32,000 bases of DNA from Candidatus Methylomirabilis oxygeniifera (GTDB lineage Bacteria > Methylomirabilota > Methylomirabilia > Methylomirabilales > Methylomirabilaceae), in the NCBI GenBank assembly GCA_000091165.1, contig FP565575.1, positions 870,001 through 902,000 of the forward strand, given 5' to 3'. This document shows positions 15,953 through 26,629 of the stretch, piece after piece. Position numbers and translations under genes: made by a program. The notes below the pieces were generated by a model. The model worked only from the letters and a program-made list of their open reading frames with translations, ran no database searches and was not told the origin of the DNA. How positions within the stretch are numbered: the first letter of the stretch is position 1; each line of letters starts with the position of its first letter.

Positions 15953-16951
15953 ATGCCGCAGCTCCGTAAGGATCCGATCACTTCGCGATGGGTGATTATT
16001 TCGACAGAGCGAGGGAAGCGCCCCCTGGACTTTCCCGCTGCGCCGCCGCCGAGGCAAGTAGGATTTTGCCCGTTCTGCCCGGGCAATGAGGACAAAACGC
16101 CTCCTGAGATCATGGCCTATCGGAACAACGGGAACGTGTCGGATCGCAAGGGATGGAGCCTTCGTGTTGTACCGAACAAGTTTCCCGCGCTCCAGATCGA
16201 GGGAGAACTGGATCGGGCGGGCGAAGGAATCTACGACAAGATGCACGGATTAGGGGCTCACGAGGTCATCATCGAGTCTCCTAACCACAATGACATCCTC
16301 TCCGCTATGCCGGAGGAACGGGTAGAGGCTGTGTTGTGGGCCTACCGGGATCGGATACTCGATCTGAAAAAAGACGACCGGTTCCAGTATATTTTGATCT
16401 TCAAGAACCACGGTGAGCAAGCGGGCGCCTCCTTGGAACACCCTCATTCTCAGCTCATTGCGACCCCTATCGTTCCGAAGCGGGCGAGAGAAGAGGTGGA
16501 TGGCGCCAAGGCCTACTTTGATTACAAGGATCGGTGCATCTTCTGCGATATGGTCCGCCAGGAACTGCAGCAAGAGTTGAGGGTTATCACGCAGAATGAT
16601 GAGTTTGTCGCGATCGCGCCCTTTGCGTCGCGCTTTCCGTTCGAAACCTGGATCCTTCCCAGGAGTCATGAACCGTTCTTCGAGGATGCGCAGAAGCACG
16701 ACATGGTAAGCTGCGCCAGGATCTTGAAGGAGGTTCTTGGTAGAATGAATCAGGTTCTCATCAACCCGGCCTACAATTACCTGATTCACAGTCTGCCGCT
16801 CCAGGATACTGAGGTCGGTCATTACCACTGGCATATTGAGATTATGCCGACCCTCGTTAGAGTGGCTGGCTTCGAGTGGGGGACCGGTTTTTACATTAAT
16901 CCTGTCCTGCCGGAGGATGCAGCAAAATATCTTCGGGAGGCACGGCTATAG
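15953..16951 (+). CDS. galT: Galactose-1-phosphate uridylyltransferase-like protein
   Basis: MPQLRKDPITSRWVIISTERGKRP, CPFCPGNEDKTPPEI, VVPNKFPAL, FKNHGEQAGASLEHPHSQLIATP, HWHIEIMP. Confidence 0.9.
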   Translation: MPQLRKDPITSRWVIISTERGKRPLDFPAAPPPRQVGFCPFCPGNEDKTPPEIMAYRNNGNVSDRKGWSLRVVPNKFPALQIEGELDRAGEGIYDKMHGLGAHEVIIESPNHNDILSAMPEERVEAVLWAYRDRILDLKKDDRFQYILIFKNHGEQAGASLEHPHSQLIATPIVPKRAREEVDGAKAYFDYKDRCIFCDMVRQELQQELRVITQNDEFVAIAPFASRFPFETWILPRSHEPFFEDAQKHDMVSCARILKEVLGRMNQVLINPAYNYLIHSLPLQDTEVGHYHWHIEIMPTLVRVAGFEWGTGFYINPVLPEDAAKYLREARL

Positions 16952-16962
16952 GTGCCTAATAA

Positions 16963-17559
<597 letters not shown>

Positions 17560-17644
17560 GGGGACGCGGTAACGGAAAAGTCTACGGTTTCATGAACGGT
17601 TCAACGGCGAATTGTTCGACCCAAGAAGGAGGAAAGGCAGTCCT

Positions 17645-19059
17645 ATGACACCGAAGGATGTCATCAAGCTGGCGAACGAGCAAGGCGCGAAGATCGTGGA
17701 CTTCAGGTTCATCGATCTGCCTGGTCTGTGGCAGCATTTTTCCATGTCCGGTCGAGAATTGACGGAAGGGTTGTTTGCGGACGGAATCGGATTTGACGGC
17801 TCTTCCATTCGAGGTTTCCAGCAGATTCACGAATCGGACATGCTCCTAATTCCTGATCCTGCGACGGCGATGATGGACCCTTCGCGGCCGTTCCTACGCT
17901 GGTCTTGATCTGTAATATCATGGATCCGGTGACACGGCAGCTCTACAGTCGAGACCCGCGGTATATTGCGCAGAAGGCTGAGGCGTATCTGATGTCAACC
18001 GCGCTTGCGGATACCGCCTACTTCGGGCCTGAGTTGGAGTTTTTCGTCTTCGACGACGTTCGGTTCGATCAGAGCTACCAGCACGGCTACTACTTCATCG
18101 ACTCGGAGGAAGGATTCTGGAACGCCGGGAAGGATGAAAAACCGAATCTGGCCTATAAGCCTCGCTATAAGCAGGGCTACTTCCCCGTACCGCCGATGGA
18201 CAAGCTCCAGGATCTCCGCTCGGAGATGATGCTGGCGCTGGAGTCCGTTGGCGTTGAGATCGAGGTTCACCATCACGAGGTTGCGACGGCCGGCCAGTGC
18301 GAGATCGACATGCGGTTCGATACGCTGACCAGGATGGCGGACAAGGTGCAGTGGTACAAGTACTGCGTGAAGAACACCGCTCGCAAGCACGGCAAGACCG
18401 TCACCTTCATGCCGAAGCCGATATTCCAGGACAACGGCTCAGGCATGCACGTTCACCAGAGCCTCTGGAGGGGCGGTAAGAATACCTTCTGGGAGCTGGG
18501 GGGGTACGGGGATCTGTCCGCGACGGCCCGCTACTACATCGGTGGGTTGCTGAAGCATGCGCCTGCGCTCTGCGCCTTCATCGCCCCAACCACGAATTCG
18601 TACCGACGGCTTGTGCCCGGCTATGAGGCGCCGATCAATCTTGTGTACAGCCAACGTAACCGATCCGCCGCCGCCCGGATTCCTCTCTATTCAAAGAGCG
18701 AAAAAGCCAAGCGGATTGAGTTCCGAACGCCCGACCCAAGTTGCAACGCCTATCTGGCCTTCGGCGCGCTACTGATGGCGGGGATTGACGGCATTCAGAA
18801 CAAGATCGACCCGGGTCAGCCGATCGACAAAGACCTGTATGAGCTCGAGCCGGAAGAGGCGATGGAGATCAAGCAGTTGCCCGGTAGTTTGGGCGAAGTC
18901 CTGGACGCCCTGGAAGCCGATCACGAGTTCCTTCTGAAGGGCGATGTCTTTACGCCTGACCTCATTGATACCTGGATCGACTACAAGCGGAAGAATGAGG
19001 TCGATCCGATCCGCCTTCGCCCCCACCCGTGGGAGTTCGCTCTCTACTTCGACATCTAA
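17645..19059 (+). CDS. glnA: Glutamine synthetase, apparently split by a 1-nt frameshift near 17881
   Basis: N-terminal part [61 protein letters not shown] in frame 2 (stops at 17908). Remainder [28 protein letters not shown]... in frame 1 to 19059. Confidence 0.92.
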
Positions 19060-19082
19060 TCTCTCTGTGGTTGTAGTTGTGC

Positions 19083-19121
19083 AAACGGTCCTGGATGGTT
19101 CATCCAGGACCGTTTTACTTT
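19083..19121 (+). terminator. Intrinsic terminator after glnA
   Basis: aaacggtcctggatg / catccaggaccgttt with 3-nt loop, followed by a T-rich tract. Confidence 0.85.
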
Positions 19122-19263
19122 TCCCTGATCCAAGAACATGTCTGTGGTTTTTATCCCTGACCTTCTGACCCAACTTGTGGGGCCTGGACTCGTCATGATA
19201 CTATTCACTCGTTGGTAACATAGCCGGTATCGGTCGTGGAATGGAGACATGAGGAGGGACGCA

Positions 19264-19689
19264 ATGAAGCGTGTGGGTACGTGGGCAGTTCTCATCGCAT
19301 GGGGTGTTGCGGTCACGAGCTGTGCGACAACAGAGCAGCCCGGCTACTTCGCTTATCCGCAGCGCGGACAGACGCCGGAGCAGATCAGCCGCGATCAGCT
19401 TGAGTGCCAGGAATGGGCGAAGCAGCAGACCGGATATGTCTCCGGTGCGGGGGAGACCGCCAGGGGTGCCGGCGTCGGCGCGGCGATGGGCGCACTCGCC
19501 GGCGCGGCGATAGGGGTGGTTGGCGGGGCGGTGACGGGTAGCCCAGGTACGGGCGCGGCCGTTGGGGCGGCCACCGGTGCGGTTGGCGGCGCGTTGTCCG
19601 GTGGGGGTACTGCGTACGGGAAGAGCCAGGACGGATTCGATCGGGCCTACGCTGCTTGCATGAGCGCGCGCGGGTACGTGGTGAGATAG
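19264..19689 (+). CDS. Glycine-zipper outer-membrane-type lipoprotein
   Basis: VAVTSCATTE lipobox; GAGVGAAMGALAGAAIGVVGGAVTGSPGTGAAVGAATGAVGGAL. Confidence 0.75.
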   Translation: MKRVGTWAVLIAWGVAVTSCATTEQPGYFAYPQRGQTPEQISRDQLECQEWAKQQTGYVSGAGETARGAGVGAAMGALAGAAIGVVGGAVTGSPGTGAAVGAATGAVGGALSGGGTAYGKSQDGFDRAYAACMSARGYVVR

Positions 19690-19815
19690 TCCATAATATC
19701 GCAAAAGGGAGGCGTGACCTGATATGCCTTCCGGTCTTGGGTCGTATGCGAGCGGAGACGGTGCTGCCGTTTCCGCTCGTCGTTTTTTAGGCAGTCAGTC
19801 TGTGAGGGCCATGTC

Positions 19816-22800
19816 GTGAATATACCGTTTCCACCAGGCATAGAGGCGCTGGCCGCTGCCGGCTGTCGAGACCCCGAAAAAGCCAGGCAAAACCTGCAAC
19901 GCCTGGCCGGGTCTTCGCCCTCACACTTGACCTCTCTCCAATCGATCCTCCCACTGCTTTTGGATCGTCTGGTCAATCTCGCCGATCCCGACATGGCGCT
20001 CAATAACCTGGAGCGCTATGCTGATGCAGTAATCGACCGGGGGTTTCTCTTCCTGCTTTTCCGGGGCAGTCCGAAATCGCTCGATCTGTTGCTGACGTTG
20101 TTTGGAAGTTCGCAGTATCTCTCCGACGTCCTGATCCGTTACCCTCAGGACCTGCACTGGCTGCTGGAGCCCGGTATACTTCGGCGGGCGAGGTCCAAAG
20201 AGGAGCTGGTCGAAGAGTTGGACGGGCTGCTCTTTCGAGCAAGAAGTCAGCAGCGGGTATGGATGGCGCTGCGTCGATTCAAAATGCGGGAGACCTTACG
20301 GATCGGGCTTCAGGATCTGCTGAGCAACTTGGATCTGACGGGCGTGACGCAGCAACTCTCCCTGATAGCCGATGTCGCACTGCAGCGGGCGTATGAGATC
20401 TGCCGCGAGGAACTGGTGCGTCGGTACGGCGAGCCACGGTGCGTCGGACCTTCAGGCGACAAGACGTGCGGATTTACCATTATCGGGATGGGCAAGCTCG
20501 GCGGCGGGGAACTGAATTTCAGTTCGGACATCGATCTGCTGTTCGTCTACGAGGCGGAAGGGGACACGACAGGGCTGGCCGGCCCGTCTGGCGCCCTGAT
20601 AGGCAGAGTGAGCAATCACGAGTTCTTCACCAGCCTGGGGGAGAACGTGATCAAAGCGATCGGCGAATTGACATCGGAGGGGCGCGTATTCAGGGTTGAT
20701 ATGCGGCTTCGGCCTGAGGGGAAGGCGGGTCCGCTGGCCTATTCGCTTAGGGGATATGAGCTCTATTACGAATCATGGGGACAGACGTGGGAGCGCATGG
20801 CCCTGATCAAGGCAAGGCCGGTGGCCGGTGATCCGACACTGGGGGACGCATTCCTGAAACTGATTGCGCCGTTTGTCTATCGCCGGTCGCTCGACTACAG
20901 TGCCATCGGAGAGATCCGCGCCATGAAGGATCGGATCAATGCCAAGGTCGGGCGCGATCAGGAGACCTTCCGTCACGTGAAGCTGGGCTATGGAGGGATC
21001 CGCGAGGTTGAATTCATTGCGCAGACCTTCCAGCTCCTGTACGGTGCACGCGATCCGTGGATCCGCGAACCGAATACACTCCGCGCGCTACAGCGGCTGG
21101 CTGATCGCGGGCATGTCACCGCCGATGAGCACGCCACATTAGCGGCGGCCTATACGTTCCTGCGCACGGTGGAGCATCGCCTGCAGATCCTCCATTACTT
21201 GCAGACCCATACCATGCCGACGGACCAGGAGAGTCTCGTCAAACTGGCTCGGCGCCTCGGTTACTCCCCCGATCGGTCGCCCGACCCTGTGTTGGCCTTA
21301 CAGCAGGATTATCAAGCGCATATCCAGGGGGTCCGACAGGCCTACGACCACCTGCTGAGGGAGCCGCCTTCAGGAGAGGAAGAGATTCCATCCCACCCTC
21401 TCGCCGACTTTCTGGACGGGCGAGCAGATGAAAGGGTAGTGCGTGAGCCCTTGGCGGCAGCGGGCGTCCTGGATCTTGATGGCGCAGTCCGTACGTTGCT
21501 GGTATTACGCGACGGCCCCCCCTTCAGGCACACGACAGCCGGCACGCGGCGGATTCTCGCTGCCCTGGCCCCGACGCTGATGGAGGGTGTGATGCAGGCG
21601 CCGGATCCTGACCTGGCCCTCCTCCAATGCGAACGGTTTATCGAGGGGGTCGGTTCCAGTGCCGGCCTCTACGACCTTTTCAAGCAGGCGCCGATCACGC
21701 TGGTCCACCTGATGCGGCTGTTCGGCTCAAGCGAGTTTCTCTCACAGATACTGATTCGGCATCCCGCGCTTGTCGATCTGCTGCTCCTACCCGATCAGGT
21801 CGAACTCGGTCATTCCGGCAAGCTGGTTGAGGCATGTCTGAGCATGGTGGCCGCTGAACCGCCGGGGAGCCCCAGACTGGATGCGTTACGGCGGTTTAAA
21901 CAGGCCGAAGAGTTTCGAATAGGTGTGCTGGACTTGCTCGGTGAGGCCGGTCTGAGCGATGTGAGCAGCGCTTTGACACGTCTTGCGGAGGCTTGTGTCG
22001 AGACCGCCTGCTGGTTGGGTCGGGAAGACCTGAGATTGCAATATGGCCTGCCATCCTCAGGCGGGTTCGTGGTGTTGGGTCTGGGCAAATGCGGCGCCGA
22101 GGAGATGGGGTATGGATCCGACCTTGATCTCGCCTTTGCCTACGCGCAAGAAGGTGTAACGACAGGCGGGTCCCAGCACATAAGCTATGCCGACTATTTT
22201 GGGCACTTAGCCGATAGGATCTGCAGGATCATGACGACCATCACCAAGGAAGGAACGGCCTATCGGGTTGACATCCGGCTGCGACCCGGCGGATCGGCGG
22301 GCAGGGTGGCGCAGTCGTTCGCGGCTTTTGAGGCTCACTTCACCCGTACAGCGGAGCTGTGGGAGCGCCAATCCTACCTGAGGGCGCGTCCCATCGCGGG
22401 CGATCTCGACATCGCGAAGCCGTTTATCGCGTCATTATCCGAGATGATCTATCGACCCACATCCGTGGAGAACCTGGCGGCGTATATGACGGCGATGCGG
22501 CGCCGAATGGAATTGGAACTGACTAAGGAGAAAACCGGTGAGCGACACGTAAAGTTGGGAAGCGGTGGGATCGTGGACATCGAGTTCATCGCCCAGTTTT
22601 TTCAGCTCGGGTACGGATCCACGCTCTCCGTCCTTCGGGTGAACAACACGCTGAAGGCCTTGGAGGCGGCGAGTAGTGCGGGTCTGCTGGCCGACATGGA
22701 TGTCGCTCAGCTTTGTGATTCCTATCGATTCCTGCGGACCGTGCAAAATCGTCTTCGGGTCGTCGCCGATCGTGAGGTCTCCGCGTTGCCACAGGATTCA

Positions 22801-22962
22801 CACCGGCTCGATCGCCTGGCACGACGTCTTGGATATCATGCAGGTGATGGTGGAACTCCAGGGGAACGATTGTTGGCTGATTACCAGCGCCACACCGGGC
22901 GAGTACGAGGGATTTACGAGGCGACCTTCCGTCGCTATAATAGCAGTGAATCCGGAAGCTGA
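19816..22962 (+). CDS. glnE: Glutamine-synthetase adenylyltransferase/deadenylase
   Basis: 1048 aa with two NTase halves: GMGKLGGGELNFSSDIDLLFVYE and GLGKCGAEEMGYGSDLDLAFAY; KLGYGGIREVEFIAQ / KLGSGGIVDIEFIAQ. Confidence 0.95.
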   Translation: MNIPFPPGIEALAAAGCRDPEKARQNLQRLAGSSPSHLTSLQSILPLLLDRLVNLADPDMALNNLERYADAVIDRGFLFLLFRGSPKSLDLLLTLFGSSQYLSDVLIRYPQDLHWLLEPGILRRARSKEELVEELDGLLFRARSQQRVWMALRRFKMRETLRIGLQDLLSNLDLTGVTQQLSLIADVALQRAYEICREELVRRYGEPRCVGPSGDKTCGFTIIGMGKLGGGELNFSSDIDLLFVYEAEGDTTGLAGPSGALIGRVSNHEFFTSLGENVIKAIGELTSEGRVFRVDMRLRPEGKAGPLAYSLRGYELYYESWGQTWERMALIKARPVAGDPTLGDAFLKLIAPFVYRRSLDYSAIGEIRAMKDRINAKVGRDQETFRHVKLGYGGIREVEFIAQTFQLLYGARDPWIREPNTLRALQRLADRGHVTADEHATLAAAYTFLRTVEHRLQILHYLQTHTMPTDQESLVKLARRLGYSPDRSPDPVLALQQDYQAHIQGVRQAYDHLLREPPSGEEEIPSHPLADFLDGRADERVVREPLAAAGVLDLDGAVRTLLVLRDGPPFRHTTAGTRRILAALAPTLMEGVMQAPDPDLALLQCERFIEGVGSSAGLYDLFKQAPITLVHLMRLFGSSEFLSQILIRHPALVDLLLLPDQVELGHSGKLVEACLSMVAAEPPGSPRLDALRRFKQAEEFRIGVLDLLGEAGLSDVSSALTRLAEACVETACWLGREDLRLQYGLPSSGGFVVLGLGKCGAEEMGYGSDLDLAFAYAQEGVTTGGSQHISYADYFGHLADRICRIMTTITKEGTAYRVDIRLRPGGSAGRVAQSFAAFEAHFTRTAELWERQSYLRARPIAGDLDIAKPFIASLSEMIYRPTSVENLAAYMTAMRRRMELELTKEKTGERHVKLGSGGIVDIEFIAQFFQLGYGSTLSVLRVNNTLKALEAASSAGLLADMDVAQLCDSYRFLRTVQNRLRVVADREVSALPQDSHRLDRLARRLGYHAGDGGTPGERLLADYQRHTGRVRGIYEATFRRYNSSESGS

Positions 22963-23095
22963 TGCGAGGGCTGATAGTGCGCAGGAGGGATTTCCGGAAG
23001 GGGTCGCCGAAGCCATGGTCACGCCGGAAGGCCCAGAGAGTCACAGTGGAATAGAGGCAGCACATTTGAACGAACCGTCGGCATAGGGAGGGACG

Positions 23096-24001
23096 ATGAA
23101 GGTATTTGTGACTGGTGCAAATGGTTATATCGGCTTTCACGTAGCCTCGGCCTTTCGCCGTGCCGGCCATGAGGTGTGGGGATTGGTCCGCAGTGAGAAG
23201 AAGGCTCACACCATTGCTATGCACGAAATCCGCCCGGTGATCGGGAGCATGCAACATCCGGACAGTTATCGGCAGATTGCCGAGCAATGCGCTGCGCTGA
23301 TCCACGCGGCCGTAGATTACCAGGCCGATACCTTTTCACTGGACAGAAAAACCATGGAGGTGTTGCTGACCGTCGGCAAACGTGATTCCCAACCAAAGAC
23401 CGTCGTGTACACAAGTGGGACGTGGGTGTATGGCGATACTCGCGGCAAGATCGTCGATGAGGGTGTGTCCTTAAGGCCTGCGCCACTGGTGGCCGGCCGT
23501 CCTGACATCGAGCGGATAGTGCTGAGCGCGTCCGATGTGCGTGGGGTCGTTGTGCGGCCCGGTTGCGTCTATGGCCGGCAAGGGGGACTGACAGGGATGT
23601 GGTTCGATGGCCCGGACAAAGGTAAACCGATCCAGGTGATTGGCGACGGCAACAATCGCTGGGCGATGGTGCATATCGACGATCTGGCGGAGGGGTATCT
23701 GCGCGCGGCTGAGAGCGGACTTTCCGGCGAGGTTTTTAACCTCACCGATCACTCGAGCGCTACCCTGCGCGAAATGGCCGGGGCCGTCGCGCGGGCTACC
23801 GGATATACGGGGCAGACGCAATTCGTCCCGGATGACGAGGCCTCTTATACCCTTGACGGTTTTGCCGAGTGTTTGACCTTGGATCAACGTGTAGATTCCA
23901 GCAAGGCTACGCGCCTATTGGGATGGCAGCCCAAGCACCACGGCTTCATTGACGAGGTAGAGACCTATTTTCAGTCGTGGAAAGCCGCTCAGTACGCGTG
24001 A
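23096..24001 (+). CDS. NAD-dependent epimerase/dehydratase family protein
   Basis: MKVFVTGANGYIGFHVASAFRRAGHEVWGLVR, YTSGTWVYG, atypical SDR; RBS ggaggga. Confidence 0.85.
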   Translation: MKVFVTGANGYIGFHVASAFRRAGHEVWGLVRSEKKAHTIAMHEIRPVIGSMQHPDSYRQIAEQCAALIHAAVDYQADTFSLDRKTMEVLLTVGKRDSQPKTVVYTSGTWVYGDTRGKIVDEGVSLRPAPLVAGRPDIERIVLSASDVRGVVVRPGCVYGRQGGLTGMWFDGPDKGKPIQVIGDGNNRWAMVHIDDLAEGYLRAAESGLSGEVFNLTDHSSATLREMAGAVARATGYTGQTQFVPDDEASYTLDGFAECLTLDQRVDSSKATRLLGWQPKHHGFIDEVETYFQSWKAAQYA

Positions 24002-24181
24002 TATTGTCTTGTTCTCCGCGCTGTCTGTTATTCGACACGGCGCGAAACACCGTTGGGCGGGTAACAGGTCCGGGTAACAGGTCAATGATTCCGGTTGGTT
24101 GACGACTTGGGGGGTATGTCTGCTCTTTCAACTGCACACGACAATTGCGGCGCATCTTTCTCAGGGATAAAGGAGGAAAAA

Positions 24182-24568
24182 TTGGTTGGGCGAATAATAG
24201 GCGCAGTGGCTGTTCTCGTATTTGTGGGAATCGTGCTTATCGCGTGGCTCGAAAACGAAAAGAGAAGGTTCGAAACGGCGATGCTGGACGCGGTCTTTAA
24301 GGTAGAGCAGGGGATACGCCAAGGACATGTTGCCGATGTCGACTTGCTGAAAGGGACTGAGAAGGTGTTCCAGGATGCCGCTCGGGCTCAGAAGCGAAAC
24401 GAGAGTTTTGATAAAGGGGCAATGTGGAGGCTTCGAGATTCGGTCTTGCGCGCGCTGGATGCGGCAGGCAACTCAGAAACGGCCATGGAAATCCGGCAGG
24501 CAATCCATAATGATCTCGCTAAGGCGAAGGCTGGACTCGACAATGTCAAACACACGAGTGCCCCGTAG
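24182..24568 (+). CDS. Small membrane-anchored hypothetical protein, probable TTG start
   Basis: Strong RBS aaaggagg before TTG at 24182; LVGRIIGAVAVLVFVGIVLIAWLENEKRR then helical soluble domain. Confidence 0.5.
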   Translation: MVGRIIGAVAVLVFVGIVLIAWLENEKRRFETAMLDAVFKVEQGIRQGHVADVDLLKGTEKVFQDAARAQKRNESFDKGAMWRLRDSVLRALDAAGNSETAMEIRQAIHNDLAKAKAGLDNVKHTSAP

Positions 24569-24837
24569 GCGCTGCTCGCCCCTGCGAACATCCGCGTGAT
24601 TGCCATCGTCCCAATCTCCTCGACATACATCCCAAAGGAAGGACTATAAATCGCGTCAGCGATTCTTCGTCCAAAGGACTTGTGACCTATACCTCATCCA
24701 CTCGCGAGGGTAGCGGGCGCACTGAACAATGCAGCGGCCACATGGATCCTGGACCCTCCAGTAGCGAGCATCGATCAGGCCGATTATCGCAAGAATCATC
24801 GTTGCAAATCGCGCCCATGTGGGGTACGTTGGTAGTA

Positions 24838-25281
24838 GCCGAAGTCGGTCGGATGGCCGCCGGTTCACCTCTGGTGAACGGGAGGAAAGTCCGGACTCCA
24901 CAGGGCGGGGTGCTGGGTAACGCCCAGGGAGGGTGACCTCACGGATAGTGCCACAGAAAAGATACCGCCCACGCTGCATCATCGGCCGCCAGGCTTCGCC
25001 GCAAGCGCAGCCGAGCGGCCCCGTGGGTAAGGGTGAAAAGGTGCGGTAAGAGCGCACCAGCGGCATGGCGACATGTCGGCTTGGCAAACCCCACTCGGAG
25101 CAAGGCCAAATAGGTCCCGCCGTATTATGCAGAGAGCGGCCCGCTCTCGTGCTCCTTTCGGGGCAGGCGGGACGGGTAGGCTGCTTGAGCCCGATGGTAA
25201 CGTCGGGCCTAGAGGAATGGCCATCCGGTTGGGCCGCAAGGTCCGGCCGCACAGGATCCGGCTTACAGACCGACTTCGGCC
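24838..25281 (+). ncRNA. rnpB: RNase P RNA (bacterial class A)
   Basis: P1 gccgaagtcggtc/gaccgacttcggcc; conserved gaggaaagtccggactcc, acagaaaagataccgcc, gggtaagggtgaaaaggtgcggtaagagcgcaccagc, tagaggaatggccatcc...cacaggatccggctta. Confidence 0.95.
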
Positions 25282-25377
25282 ATATTCATAGAATCACGTA
25301 GTGGTCACAGTTTTACAGGACGGTGAACGGGCGTAACAGAATCTTGGTCAGCAATCTCACACGACGAGGGCGCGGTG

Positions 25378-25485
25378 ATGTGGACACTTGATGCAGATGG
25401 TATTATTTGGGCGGTTGTGGTCGGCGTCTTAGTGATCGGATATGGCCTGTGGTGGATTGTTTTTCGAAAGATTGCTCGGAAGTAA
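25378..25485 (+). CDS. Putative 35-aa single-TM microprotein
   Basis: Hand-read ORF MWTLDADGIIWAVVVGVLVIGYGLWWIVFRKIARK*, gaggg upstream. Confidence 0.35.
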   Translation: MWTLDADGIIWAVVVGVLVIGYGLWWIVFRKIARK

Positions 25486-25738
25486 GAGTCATTTTTATGG
25501 ATATCGATTGACGCTGTCGGCGCCACGGATGGTATGAGGGGCGGCCCCTCCCGTCAAAGCGGTATTAGCCTAGTTGGGCTGGAAAGCGAGAGGCGATTCG
25601 GCCCTACAGATCCGGTCTGGTAACTCTACAAGCTTGCCACGATCGGTCTGTGGCCTGGGAGACGGCGAGGAACCTTTTCATCGAAGGGGCAAGAACCTGA
25701 ATTGTGACGCTCTTCTATAAGCACTAAAGTCAGCACTA

Positions 25739-25960
25739 CTAGGGACGCCAGATCCATTTTCCATGAATCCGTTCCATTCGCCGCGCCATCATATATCCAG
25801 TCCATAGCAGTCCCCAGAAGACCCCAACACACCCCAAAAAGAAAAGCCAGTGGCCGACAAGAAACGCCGGGATCATTCCCAATACGAGGCTCACCACAGA
25901 CAGAATCGCGGCGAGTAGCCGGAAGTTTCGCTCCACGCTCAATTTTCGCTCTTCGTTCAT
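25739..25960 (-). CDS. Small membrane protein, DUF2892/YgaP-TM-like
   Basis: MNEERKLSVERNFRLLAAILSVVSLVLGMIPAFLVGHWLFFLGCVGVFWGLLWTGYMMARRM. Confidence 0.5.
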   Translation of the reverse strand: MNEERKLSVERNFRLLAAILSVVSLVLGMIPAFLVGHWLFFLGCVGVFWGLLWTGYMMARRMERIHGKWIWRP

Positions 25961-26092
25961 AACTGTAGTCACCTCCCAAAACAAACCGCGTTGACCACCA
26001 TGGCTAAGTTGGTTGTTGCAACGGAATCGGCACTCATTGGACACCGGAGGTATCTCTCAAGACGGGTAGACTTCGCAACCATTTGGAACCAT

Positions 26093-26169
26093 TGGCGTCC
26101 CCAACGGGATTCGAACCCGTGTTTCGGCCTTGAAAGGGCCGCGTCCTGGGCCGGCTAGACGATGGGGAC
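26093..26169 (-). tRNA. tRNA-Glu (anticodon TTC), CCA encoded
   Basis: Reverse complement gtccccatcgtctagccggcccaggacgcggccctttcaaggccgaaacacgggttcgaatcccgttggggacgcca folds as a cloverleaf; anticodon loop ctTTCaa. Confidence 0.95.
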
Positions 26170-26227
26170 GCTGAGCGATAGATCGCGGCTCTTTATAGCA
26201 TAGTTCCGATTGCGTGGGAAGGGCTGG

Positions 26228-26617
26228 TCACAAGATTCTGTTGCGGTGGATAATGACCTCTACCCGGCCGCGGTCGTTAATGAGGAGATTCAAGAGACCG
26301 CTGATCAGACTTATCAGAATAGCCCCGAACACGGCGGACCAGAAGCCCTGCACCTCGAATCCTCGGATCATTAACGAGACGAGTTTCAGGAGAGCGGCGT
26401 TGAGCAGCGGGATAAACAGCCCCAGCGTTATAATTGTGAGTGGAAGCGTCAGAATCAGGATCACAGGTCGTACAACGGCGTTGACTATCCCGAGGAAAAA
26501 GGCTGCAGCCAGCGCGGGAAGGACGCCTCGCACCGCGATGCCGGGGATGACGGTCGATACGAGTAAGAGGGCCAGCGCATTAAGAACAAGGCGGATGAGA
26601 AATCCCATCAATCGCAC
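26228..26617 (-). CDS. Phage holin family / PF04020-type membrane protein
   Basis: FLIRLVLNALALLLVSTVIPGIAVRG...FFLGIVNAVVRPVILILTLPLTIITLGLFIPLLNAALL. Confidence 0.85.
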   Translation of the reverse strand: MRLMGFLIRLVLNALALLLVSTVIPGIAVRGVLPALAAAFFLGIVNAVVRPVILILTLPLTIITLGLFIPLLNAALLKLVSLMIRGFEVQGFWSAVFGAILISLISGLLNLLINDRGRVEVIIHRNRIL

Positions 26618-26629
26618 CTCAGGGTTATG

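Noticed and set aside
17874-17884. Programmed -1 ribosomal frameshift in glnA
   Set aside because: Not adopted as the main explanation: the local sequence gac-cct-tcg is not a canonical X XXY YYZ slippery site; sequencing/assembly error is simpler.
22586-23305. 239-aa minus-strand ORF spanning the glnE end and epimerase start
   Set aside because: Overlaps two well-supported plus-strand genes; no domain signal.
24656-25252. 198-aa minus-strand ORF (and plus-strand ORFs) over the RNase P RNA
   Set aside because: Coincides with unmistakable rnpB RNA; ORFs are incidental.
26228-26617. 'Phage holin' as evidence of a prophage
   Set aside because: The PF04020-type family is a common chromosomal membrane protein; no phage structural, lysis or integrase genes nearby, despite the adjacent tRNA-Glu.
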